NCBI GenBank assembly: GCA_043228905.1
Contig: JBHGNT010000018.1
Location: 6,138,001-6,202,000 of the forward strand
Reading direction: 5' to 3'
Source of the DNA: Azolla caroliniana
Taxonomy: Eukaryota; Plantae; Polypodiophyta
DNA: 64,000 nucleotides
Of this stretch, positions 24,904 through 36,000 are shown piece after piece (the first letter of the stretch is position 1; each line of letters starts with the position of its first letter). The notes beneath the pieces were generated by a model. The model was not told the DNA's origin, did not search any database, and worked only from the letters and a program-made list of their open reading frames with translations. The position numbers were made by a program, and so were the translations under genes.

Positions 24904-27579
24904 TTAGCGAATTGAAACAATCCCACGGTTGGCCGAGACTAGATTCGGTTGTCGGCACTATATTCATTTTGTATCTCAAACCCTAAACTATATCGTGAAT
25001 CATGATCATGGTTGTTTACGTACCCGTATTTAACGTTTAAATACGTATAATACCTCATCATTTGTATAGTACGCACTATACCTCAATGTTGTTCAATCAA
25101 ATATCATGTACATTTGCCCAATACGGTATTTAACCTATTTATAAAAAAATAGTTATAATATGTATTTATAAAGAAAATGTAAGTAAAACCCTAACAAAAA
25201 GCAAAAGAAAAAAACGATTTCAGTGAAAAAGAATCCAAAGTAGGAAGAAAGAAGAATAGAAGATACGACGATGAAGAAGATGAAGAAGAAGAGAGCAAAG
25301 AAGACATAAACCTGTCTTGAGTGTGATAATCGCAGTAGATAGAAGAAGAAGAAGAAGAAGAAGAAGAAGAAGAAGAAGAAGAAGAAAACGAAGAAAAGAG
25401 AAACCTATCATGAGTGTGATAATCGTAGACGATTCCTCAATCTATGAAGGTATAATTTTAAATAATTACAATTTGAAGTAGAACATTGTGATACACACTT
25501 ACACTGATTTATAGAATAAGGGAATGTTGACATCCATATTACTACAAGTATTTTAGGATGTGAAATGTTCAAATGTCTTATATGCATTTTAGGATGTAGA
25601 ACTATATTGTACATCACAAAATTGTGTAAACATAGATGTTTTTTACAATATTATAGATATTTTTTAGAAAGGTAAATAATTTTCAAATTCTAGAAGTATT
25701 TAACGTATTATACGTAAAATACGTTGTCGTGCCTCTCAACGCTAGATCGTTACGTGAGTCGGGTGGGAACCGCTGGGGTTTGGGACTAAGAGAAAGGAGA
25801 TCGTGAGATAGAGATTAATTATGAGTAGATAGCAAAGAGAAAGATAAGAAATTCGTGAATCACGCGAGTATATTATATTAATTGGTACTTAGGTTGTTAA
25901 GAAAGAAGTAGATGCATAAATCGTGAATCCCACGAATAATTTTTATATTGATCAATACTTAATCCAAATAACCAACCCTTATACATCTTTCTCTCCTCCT
26001 TATATAAGGACGGGAGAGGCTAAGCATAGCTTCTTGCTTTTCTAAAGTGTTCATGCCCTCTAAATGTGCATGCTTTACTTTTCCTACTACGATTTCCTAA
26101 ATTTAGCATTCATGCCCGCTAGATGTGCATAAGTAATTTTATTAGTGTACATATAAAGTTTTCACGCATTTTAAAAATGCATGACTTACCTTTTAATAAA
26201 GGTAGGCGAAAATAAAGGTTTTATATGTATTAAATCTATATTTGAAACACTCAGAATGAGTTAGTATAATGGTAAGGTTGGAATTTCTCTGCGTGGAGGT
26301 GTAGGGTTTGAATCCTGCCCTATGCACGTAACATAAATTTTAATGTTTCTTTTATTTACAATTGTGTCTCTTCATCCTGTAAGAGACTCTCACCAGCCTT
26401 CTTCATCCGGCTCTTCCTTGCCGATTCCTCCTTGCCGGTTCCTCTTCGTCCGGTTCTCACCGGGTATTTCATTCTCTATCCGGATGGACAAAATGCAATT
26501 TCCACGTAGTGTGTAAATTACACTACGACACTCACCCCCTCTAAACCTGCACATCCTTCGGTATGTGCCGAAGTTCCTGATGTTCTATATTCGCCTCCAT
26601 CCGTATCGCTCTCCGAATCTTCCCTTATGTGAACTACGAGTTGAAGTCCACTTTCTTCACTATCCGCATCACCGCGATCTTTGTCCGGTTGCTCCTCATT
26701 GTCGGTCTCGTCTATGGCTACATAAGATTTGTTGTTAGTCCGCTTCTTGAAGATCCTCACCCGTTTCCCTGCTATAGGCACTCTTAGTATCGTTCCATCC
26801 AATTCACTTAGTCGGTAAGTTCCGTTGTCGAAAACTTTCCGAACCTCATATGGGCCGAACCACCTTTTTGCGAACTTCCGTACCGTTGTATGTTGATGAT
26901 CCAAACTACTGTTATAGACAATCACCCAATCTCCTTCTTCAATCTTCCGTGGTCGTAGTCGGTGCTTGGTGTCGAACCGGCTTTTGTTCCGGAGTCGCGC
27001 TTCTTGTTGTCGGCGTGACGCTTCCGCTACATCTTCCGGTCTTCCCTCCAATTGTCATATCTGGACCGCTAGTAGTTCTTCCCGGCTCATCTCTTCCTTC
27101 CATGGTAGCATTGTCCATGTCGCGATTGCGGTTTCCATCGGCATTACCGATGCTTGTCCGGTCATAAGTTCTGCCGGCATATAACCGGTTACGGAGCTAT
27201 GCGTCGTCCGATCCGCCCATAGTGCATACGGGAGCATCTGCGGCCAATCCATCACCCTTCCGTCGCATGCTTTGGCAAGTGCTTTGACGATCGGACTATG
27301 TCCTCGCTCGACCTTCCCGTTGGCTTCCGGATTGTATGCCGTTGTTAGTGTTAACCGAACTCCATGTTTGGCGAAGAATCCCCTAGCTTTATCAGAGTCA
27401 AGTTCTCCCCGATCCGCAATCACTTGTCCTACGCACCCGTACCTGCAAAACACTTCTTCCAAAAGAAATTGACATACCGCAAAACACGTTTTTCTTCGTA
27501 GCGCTCGACCTTCTACTTGATTTGTGAGATCTTCTCGAGCTAACACCAAGTACTTCTTTTGTCCGATCCCGGTTGGCAT

Positions 27580-27751
27580 TGTCGAATACAAGTGTATAAT
27601 GGACGTATTCACACTATCCCTTTGGGCCATTTGTGTAATTAGCATAAATGGTAGTTGCCCTAAGTCGGTCACTATATATAGTGACCTTGTAACCTTTTTG
27701 TAAGGTTGGATGTTGTATTATTTCTTCTATGGAATAGAAAGCCGTTTTGTG

Positions 27752-27796
<45 letters not shown>

Positions 27797-30700
27797 ACGA
27801 CCTACAATCTGTCATACGCAGGTACAGAAAAGAATCGAATGCTTCTTGATCTTCCGCATCGACACGGCCTTGTCTCCAACATCTGGTATCAGAGCCTGCA
27901 CAGTATTTGGTCCTTCAATCAGCTGTCGGCCGTCGTCTCAGCCTGCACAGCATTCGGGTTCTTGCGTCATTCGAAGAAGAGAGAAGAAGAAGAAAAACGA
28001 GGCTCGCATCTCATCGCGTTAGATCATCTTCGCTTGGAGTAAACCAGCAGGTTGTACTCTGTTCCTTGTGATCGTAACCACTCGAGGTGAAATCCCCTTG
28101 TGCAACATTGACACGATCGTGCTCCACTCGGTTAAACGGCATCCGAAGAGGTCATCAAACGCCGCTCATTGTAACCACTCGGTGCAGATCGGTCTCAAGA
28201 CAACAACCCCAAATTCGTGCTTCATCCGGCTGATCGACATTCGGGAGGATCAGTTGGATCCGTCTCTCTCGTCGCTGCAGTCACCCGAAGCAGAATCGGT
28301 CCAGACAATCGGTTTCAATAATCGGTATTCGGCATATATATTCGGAAGCGAACCGGGCTCACTCCGACTCGGCAACATTCGGGAAGACCAGTCGGTTCTG
28401 TCCCTCAAGTTACCGGAGTCAATTCGAGCAAGTTCAACAATACATATATCCGAAGCCGAACCGACTCGGGTTCAAATCCGACTAGAACGATATCGGGTGA
28501 GCCAACCGGCTGCACTCCAACAAGGTTCGTAGTCAACTCCGAACCGAGCTTCGTCAACCGAAACCAAATTTGATGGCATCAACATCCGGCTCGTCAGAAA
28601 TGAGTCTACGAAAGTTCGATGGATCGAACTTCAACTTCTGGAAGGAACAAATGCAGGACTATCTCATAGTCAAGGGGCAAATCGATCCCATCGAAAATGA
28701 AGAACCTCCAGAAGGACACAAACCAATTGAGTGGCAGAAGCTGGACAGAATCGTCCGCGCCACGATTCGGATGCACCTATCGGAATCGGTATACTTTACG
28801 GTGCAATTGTGTACGACAGCATTCGAACTGTGGAAAACACTGTCGGACACTTACGAAAAGAAGGTCGCCGCAACGAAGATGTTTCTGATCCGGCGCCTCT
28901 ACAACTTGCGGATGAAAGAATCCGATTCGGTTCAAGCACACCTCAATGAGTACGAAAGCATAAGCTCCCAAATCTCGTCACAGGGGACGGCAATCGAGGA
29001 TGAACTCAGAGCAATGATACTCATGAGCAGCCTTCCCTCATCATGGGAAACTTTCGTCACAACCGTGTGCAACGCGTCAACCACGGCTGTTAAATACTCC
29101 GAAGTCACGAGCACAATCCTGACCGAAGCAGCTCGGAGAAAGTCTTTCGCCAAAGACTCAACAGACGACGCTTACGTAGTACAAGGTTCGACAGACCGAT
29201 CGAACATACGAGGAAGAGATTCCTCACGGCCGCCGAACAATCAGCGAAGACGGAGCCAGTCACGGGATAACCGAATCTGCAACTATTGCAAGAAACCCGG
29301 ACACATCAAAGCCGACTGCCGCGCACTCAAGAACAAGAACAACAAGAAGAGTGGCCGGCATGAGGAGATCAATTACGTCAGCTTCTCAGCTGATGTACTA
29401 CCAGACGACCCGAATATACTATCAATCGAAAATCCAGTCGGATCAGAAGTTCTACTCACGACTGAAGAATCGAGCACATGGCTCTTAGATTCGGGCGCGT
29501 CATTTCACGTGACTCCTCATCGATCCCAATTTCGGCAATATACGATCCGTCACTCCGACTCAGTTCGAGTCGGCAAGTCACAACACTGTGACATCATCGG
29601 AATCGGCACAGTAGAGCTCAACCTTGCAGGTGGCTCTACACTTGTACTCCACAATGTCCGACATGTACCCGAGCTCTCAAGGCCATTGATCTCAGTCGGA
29701 CAACTAGATGAAGACGGCATTCGTGCCGGTTTTTCTTCGGGAGGGTGGACACTCCACAGGGGGAACCTCCTGCTTGCTAGAGGACCCAAGATACACTCAC
29801 TGTATCCGTTACATGTTACGCTCAGAGAGGGTAACCTGTTTTTGGTGGATATTCCTGTGTCATCACTATGGCACCGAAGATTAGGACACCTCAGCAAGGC
29901 CGGCATTACGCATCTATCTAGAGCCGGATACATCCCCAAACTCTCCTTCTCCGACCATCAATTCTGCGAGCATTGCCAGTATGGCAAACAAGCAGCCGCA
30001 TCACACCCGACCTCAGCACCAAGAGAAACGAGACCTCTCGATTTAGTCCATTCGGACGTCTGTGGCCCAATGCCGCATCAGTCTCTAGGCGGTGCCTCTT
30101 ACTTCGTCAGTTTTATTGACGATTCGACTCGAAAGGTGTGGGCTTATCCAATTCGCACCAAAGATCGTGTCTTCTCGATCTTCTCCGATTGGCTAGCTAT
30201 GGTAGAAAATCAAACCGACCGAAAGCTGAAATGCTTTCGGACAGACAATGGGGGAGAGTTCAAATCCGAAGAATTCGTCAAATTCTGCCGACAACGCGGC
30301 ATCCGACGTGAATTTACGGCACCACACAGTCCGGAGCAAAACGGGATTGCCGAACGCATGAATCGGACAATCCAAGAACGGATAGTTTCCATGCTCCAAC
30401 ACTCCGGACTGTCGGATGGCTTCTGGGCAGAGGCTCTACTCACGGCAGTACACATAATCAATATGTCGCCAAGTAGACCTCTAGGACTTCAAATTCCTCA
30501 GGAACTATGGATCGGCAGTAAGCCGAATTACGACAAGCTGAGGATCTTCGGATGCGAGGCGTACGCCCTTATTCCGAAAGATGATCGCCGAAAACTTGCA
30601 CCTCGGTCCAGGAAATGCATTTTCCTTGGATATGGATCCGACGGCGAAATGGGATACCGACTCTGGGACCCCGAACGCAGACAAATCGTTCGAAGTTCGG

Positions 30701-32951
30701 ACGTTGTGTTCAACGAGTCGGCTATGAATCCATCAGTCGAAAAACCGATCGAAGTCCGAAGGGTAACATTTTCCGATGTGCCGACCCTTCAAGAAGGCCC
30801 CGCTCTCAACACACGGTCAGCTTCACGGGTAGCTGAACCTTACACTACCGACTCGGACAACCCCGACTCGGCACAGCAGAACAATCCGCTTTCGGACCAT
30901 CCGACCTCGATACCCGATGCGACCAGTCCAATCATACCTCGACGATCCGAGAGACTGTCGCAACCTCCGGAGAGGTATTCTCTTGGAATTTTCTTCACCG
31001 ACGCCGGCGAACCGACGTCTTACGAAGAAGCATCGACATCTGTCGATTCAGCCACCTGGCATCTGGCGATGGAGTCGGAAATGCACTCCATTCGGGCAAA
31101 CAAGACTTGGGATCTGGTCGAATTACCTAGGAACCGACGTGCTCTTCCTTGCAAGTGGGTTTATCGACTAAAAGAGACGTCTGATTCGACCACCCCAAAG
31201 TACAAGGCCAGATTAGTTGCGACGGGCTTCCGACAAGAATATGGCGTCGACTTCGACGAGATTTTTTCACCAGTGGTGAAAATGACAACCCTTCGTTTCC
31301 TACTCGGCGTAGTGGCAGCCGACAACTTGGAGCTGATTCAGCTAGATGTCAAAACAGCCTTCCTCCATGGTGATCTTGACGAGGAAATTTATATGGAGCA
31401 GCCAAAAGGCTTCGTGGCGACTGGCCAAGAACATCTAGTCTGCCGACTCAGGAAGAGTCTATACGGCCTCAAACAGGCACCGCGACAATGGTACAAGAAG
31501 TTCGACGACTTCATCCAATCGATCGGCTTCTCAAAAAGCGATGAGGACCATTGTCTCTTCACCAACACAGCTCAAGATGGATCACCCATCTTCCTCATCA
31601 TTTACGTGGACGACATGCTAATTTCTGGACGCCACGCGGGCGAACTTGCCGATCTCATTCGGCAACTGCGGTTGAAGTTTGCCATGAAGGACCTCGGTCC
31701 GGCACGACACATACTCGGCATGAAGATTAGTCGGCATCGCGATAAACAACATCTTTTTTTGTCTCAAACCGACTATATCCGACGTGTCTTGGAACGCTTC
31801 AACATGCAATCAGCCAAATCTGCTTCAACCCCGCTCCCCATGAATCTTCGGCTCTCTCAGCGAGACTGCCCGACATCCGGTCCGGAGGGGGAAGATATGA
31901 AGTCGGTACCGTATGCACCGGCAGTCGGCTCCCTTATGTACCTGATGGTCGCGACACGGCCTGATATTTCTCACGCCGTAGGAGTCGTTAGCAGATTTAT
32001 GCACAATCCCGACCGATCGCATTGGAACGCAGTCAAGCATGTGTTCAGATATCTGGCTGGCACAAAAGACCACGACATTCTTTTCGGTCCGAACCGAACC
32101 TCAGGCGTAGTCGGTTACACCGACTCGGACTTCGCCGGCTGTATAGACAGTCGGAAATCAACAACCGGATACTGCTTCAAATTCGGCAATGGAGCAATCT
32201 CGTGGAAGTCGAAACTTCAGGAGTGCACAGCAACCTCAACGACCGAAGCAGAATATGTAGCTGCGTCCGACGCAGCAGAAGAAGCTTTGTGGCTCGGTCG
32301 GCTGGCGCACACGTTTCGACAAGTCGACCATGACTCGGCCCCAGTTGTCTACAGCGACAGTCAAGGTGCTGTTGCCTTGTCAAAAAATCCGGTTCACCAC
32401 AACGCCTCCAAACATATCGACGTTCGATATCACTTCGTTCGGGACTGCGTCATTTCAGGGAAAATCGGTCTAGAGAAAATATCCACAACCGACAATGTCG
32501 CAGATGGAATGACCAAGTGTCTTTCGGCAGACCGCTTTCGGTCTCTTCGGCATCAGATGGGCGTAACGACAAACCAGTCCGGTTAGAGCCGGACACAGCG
32601 CAGGATGGTTCCCGACAACCGACATCAGTTCCTTAATGATCGGCTTCAACTGTTCCGACCCGACCAGTTCGGTCTTCTGCCTTCGGACCCTGCCGACTCG
32701 AACAAAGCTGATATGTCCGAGAACCTAAGTCTATACCTGTAATCTTAGATAACCCATGTATACGCCCATTACGGGGGAGTGTCGAATACAAGTGTATAAT
32801 GGACGTATTCAAACTATCCCTTTGGGCCATTTGTGTAATTAGCATAAATGGTAGTTGCCCTAAGTCGGTCACTATATATAGTGACCTTGTAACCTTTTTG
32901 TAAGGTTGGATGTTGTATTATTTCTTCTATGGAATAGAAAGCCGTTTTGTG

Positions 32952-32996
<45 letters not shown>

Positions 32997-33081
32997 ACGA
33001 CCTACAATCTGTCATACGCAGGTACAGAAAAGAATCGAATGCTTCTTGATCTTCCGCATCGACACGGCCTTGTCTCCAACA
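27580..33081 (+). mobile_element. Intact, very young Ty1/Copia retrotransposon
   Basis: 302-bp LTRs 27580-27881 and 32780-33081 (one mismatch seen); TSD GGCAT/GGCAT; iMet PBS at 27884; PPT ACGGGGGAG at 32771-32779. Confidence 0.98.
28573..32586 (+). CDS. Copia Gag-Pol polyprotein (~1337 aa, uninterrupted)
   Basis: CNYCKKPGHIKADC, WLLDSGAS, HSDVCGP/RTDNGGEF/NGIAER, IYVDDML, YTDSDFAG, KHIDVRYHF. Confidence 0.97.
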   Translation: MASTSGSSEMSLRKFDGSNFNFWKEQMQDYLIVKGQIDPIENEEPPEGHKPIEWQKLDRIVRATIRMHLSESVYFTVQLCTTAFELWKTLSDTYEKKVAATKMFLIRRLYNLRMKESDSVQAHLNEYESISSQISSQGTAIEDELRAMILMSSLPSSWETFVTTVCNASTTAVKYSEVTSTILTEAARRKSFAKDSTDDAYVVQGSTDRSNIRGRDSSRPPNNQRRRSQSRDNRICNYCKKPGHIKADCRALKNKNNKKSGRHEEINYVSFSADVLPDDPNILSIENPVGSEVLLTTEESSTWLLDSGASFHVTPHRSQFRQYTIRHSDSVRVGKSQHCDIIGIGTVELNLAGGSTLVLHNVRHVPELSRPLISVGQLDEDGIRAGFSSGGWTLHRGNLLLARGPKIHSLYPLHVTLREGNLFLVDIPVSSLWHRRLGHLSKAGITHLSRAGYIPKLSFSDHQFCEHCQYGKQAAASHPTSAPRETRPLDLVHSDVCGPMPHQSLGGASYFVSFIDDSTRKVWAYPIRTKDRVFSIFSDWLAMVENQTDRKLKCFRTDNGGEFKSEEFVKFCRQRGIRREFTAPHSPEQNGIAERMNRTIQERIVSMLQHSGLSDGFWAEALLTAVHIINMSPSRPLGLQIPQELWIGSKPNYDKLRIFGCEAYALIPKDDRRKLAPRSRKCIFLGYGSDGEMGYRLWDPERRQIVRSSDVVFNESAMNPSVEKPIEVRRVTFSDVPTLQEGPALNTRSASRVAEPYTTDSDNPDSAQQNNPLSDHPTSIPDATSPIIPRRSERLSQPPERYSLGIFFTDAGEPTSYEEASTSVDSATWHLAMESEMHSIRANKTWDLVELPRNRRALPCKWVYRLKETSDSTTPKYKARLVATGFRQEYGVDFDEIFSPVVKMTTLRFLLGVVAADNLELIQLDVKTAFLHGDLDEEIYMEQPKGFVATGQEHLVCRLRKSLYGLKQAPRQWYKKFDDFIQSIGFSKSDEDHCLFTNTAQDGSPIFLIIYVDDMLISGRHAGELADLIRQLRLKFAMKDLGPARHILGMKISRHRDKQHLFLSQTDYIRRVLERFNMQSAKSASTPLPMNLRLSQRDCPTSGPEGEDMKSVPYAPAVGSLMYLMVATRPDISHAVGVVSRFMHNPDRSHWNAVKHVFRYLAGTKDHDILFGPNRTSGVVGYTDSDFAGCIDSRKSTTGYCFKFGNGAISWKSKLQECTATSTTEAEYVAASDAAEEALWLGRLAHTFRQVDHDSAPVVYSDSQGAVALSKNPVHHNASKHIDVRYHFVRDCVISGKIGLEKISTTDNVADGMTKCLSADRFRSLRHQMGVTTNQSG

Positions 33082-36000
33082 GGCATGACTACAATGTCGA
33101 CCATCCATTTGAAGTTGATTGTCGGTGAGAATGTCGGATGTAACTCATCTCGGTGTCGAAATCCGGAGTAGATTTGACACTTCTCGCAGCTTTCCGTGAA
33201 CTCCGCGACATCTTTGTACATATTCTTCCACCAATATCTTTGCTTGATCTTCCCAAATGTTCCCCATGTTCCCCGATGTCCAGCCCAATCAGATTCGTGA
33301 GATTCGGACATTACCTGGTTTCGTTGCTCTTTTGTTCCAACTACTCGAAGTGGTATGCCACCCGGTCTTTTCGGCTCCCTCCATAAAAATCCATTTTTCA
33401 AGAAGAACTTTCGGACTTGCCATTTCTTACTTCGGATCTCGGCTCTCTTCTCTTTATTGTCCGATGATTCCTCGTTTTCTCGTAGCATTTTCCCGATCAA
33501 CAAGCTTTCTCCCTCGTATTCTTCTTCCCGGAATTCTTGGATTACGTCCACCCGGCATATGTGCTCCGAAGCAAAATAGTCTTCGGAAACTTCTTCATTA
33601 TCAAATTCGGTTATGTCATCTCTGAACCTCGCCCTTGATAGCATATCTGCTACAACGTTGTCTTTTCCGGAGATGTGTCTTACCTTCGGATTAAGTGACT
33701 TAACATATGCAATCCACCTTAGCATAGCCACATCCGGTATAGTACAACACCGCATCATCCCGAGTATCGGAAGACAATCCGTTTCGATCACTACTTCGGC
33801 TCCGATCAAATAATCTCGATCCAATTTCATTGCCGACGTGACTCCCCATAATTCTCTTTTGACTTACGCATACCCCTGTTGCCTTTCGTTGAGAACCTTT
33901 GCTCCGAATCGGATCGGATATCGCGAACCACCCGAGTCGAGTTGATTGATGACCCATCCGATTCCGGTTGGACTTGTATCAACCATTAATATAACTGGTC
34001 GGTCATAGTTCGGCTTCTTTAGAGCTTCAACCCTCCGCAGTGTTTTCTTGAGCTTCCTCATGGCTTCGATTTGTTCCGGTTTCCATTCGAATTTCTTCCC
34101 CTTCCGCAACAAGTGATAGAGCGGGTCCGCAATATGTGCGTAGTGCGGAATCCATATGTGATAGAATGCACATGCTCCAAGAAACCTTCGAACTTCAGAT
34201 TGTGACTCGCATACTTCTTTCATAGCTTGAATCGCATCGATCTTGGTTGGCAACGGTCTTCGGCCGTAGGGCCCACATAGATGTCTGACTACCGATATTT
34301 CTTCTTGTCCGAATGCCGATTTCTCTCCAGAAAGTGTTAGATGCACGTCTTCTAACTTCCGTAACACTTTCTCACAATCACGGATATGGTTGACTACGAA
34401 CCTTCGGCATTCCCGTTCATCCATAGCTTCATCTTTTTCTTCCACCGCACACCCTTTCATCGGAATGTCATCTAGGAACGACATCGTTATCTCCGGTATG
34501 CAATCCCGGAGCACCTTGTTCATCACATTCATCATATGTGCGACTGAGTTCGTCGCGCCTTGTGCTAGCGTACACATCCGGACTAATCCTATCGGTGTTT
34601 GCATGGTAGTGATGTCCCGGCTCTCCACGGCCAGTTGGAATTGGTCATATCCGGAGTATAGGTCTCCGGTGGAGTATATCACGCGACCAACAAATGCGTC
34701 CGCAAATTCGTCCACTATCGGACCGACTCCGGAATTCCGGATCGTAACCTTGTTCACCGGTTGCAAGTCTTGGATAAATCGGAGTGACCCATTCTTCTTC
34801 AAAACCGTGAACCATCGATTTGAGTATGGAGCATTTGATGGCTCTAGAATCCCCATCGCCACCTTCTCCTTGAGGAAGTCGATGATTTTCGGAATATGCG
34901 CCCGTGGCACCGGAATCGGCTTCAGGCTCCACGGCACATGGTCAATCGTGAAGGTCACCATCGGCTCCACTATCTTCGGATCAACGCACCCTATCTCCTT
35001 CGATGTGAATGCAAATGCTTTTCCATGTTGTTCTAGCATCTCACGAAACCGTTCTTCTTCTTTTTGTGAGAGGAAACCACCTCCACCGATCCGAAGTTTC
35101 TTCCGGGTCTCCCAAGAAGGCATGTCTGATATCCATGGACTTCCGAAGTGTCGGATCCCCCGAGACTTCTTTCCTCTTTTTTTCGCTATCTGCGGGTAAC
35201 GGTCCTGCGGCCGGTTTCACTTTCTTCTCCACGGTCTTGTATTTTGTACTTACCATTGCTTCTTCTTTGCGGAGCGCATCCGACCCCATTTTCACAATGA
35301 TCTCGTACATCTCGACTGACTCCACCGGAATTACCCGGTTTTCCTAGCTTGTATCTTCCGCGAGTTCTTCAAGCCGTTGTAGTGTGCTCCCATAGAACAC
35401 TTCTTCAACTATTCCCACGATTTCTTTGTCTTCTTTTATTATTGATGCCGACCGTAACTTATCCTCCACTTTTCGGTATTCTTTCTTCATTCCTCCGGTT
35501 ACGGCCGTGTACGTGGATGCCCCATCTGGACCGATTCGTACTTGTTTTGCTCCAAGAGTCTTCTTCTTGTGTGGGGTATCAGGGCTTCTCGGACTATCAC
35601 TTCCCCACTCCGCAACAGTCCGATCTAAAAATCCATCTTCGTTTGGGACAAGAGCTCCCTCTTCTTCCTTTCATGATTTGCCGGCACCGTTAGGAATTGG
35701 ATGGATTTCCCTCCATTTTGGCTCCGAATTCGCGCAAAAGCCGCACCGCTATCGAGCACCTTCGTCTCCATCTGTGATGCCGTGATAAAGGGTTGCCCGA
35801 GGATCATGGAGTGTGAGACCTCATCTTGCACGAAAAAATTTTGGTCTATCTCCACATCCCCGATCTTCACCATCACATCCGGACAAGCCGCAAATAGTTC
35901 TTCCGTTGCTTTAGTGGCTGCCCGGATCTTCCACCCATGATTCGTGTTAATAGGCCACTTACCCTTCCGGTAGAACTCCTTGGACATCAAGTTGATCTCC

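Larger units (their letters stand above)
16411..24920 (+). repeat. Tandem array of ~330-bp units carrying tRNA-Leu(UAG); some units are deleted down to the tRNA 3' half. Interrupted by a LINE, a Gypsy element and a MITE
   Basis: Recurring unit: GCCTGCATTGCACATTGAT.TGCTTAACATTGTTGCCCAACGACCTAAA...CAAGTGTGGA.TTGTTT...[tRNA]...TCTAGCATTACCAAAC...GTACAAAAGAGGGCCATAA. Seven full-length tRNA copies and about seven 3'-half copies. Confidence 0.93.

Noticed and set aside
16411-24920. Regularly repeated units suggestive of a CRISPR array
   Set aside because: The whole ~330-bp unit is repeated, with no unique spacers and no cas genes; the context is eukaryotic and the conserved core is a tRNA.
25220-25411. 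Poly-Leu ORF
   Set aside because: Translation of an (AAG)n microsatellite.
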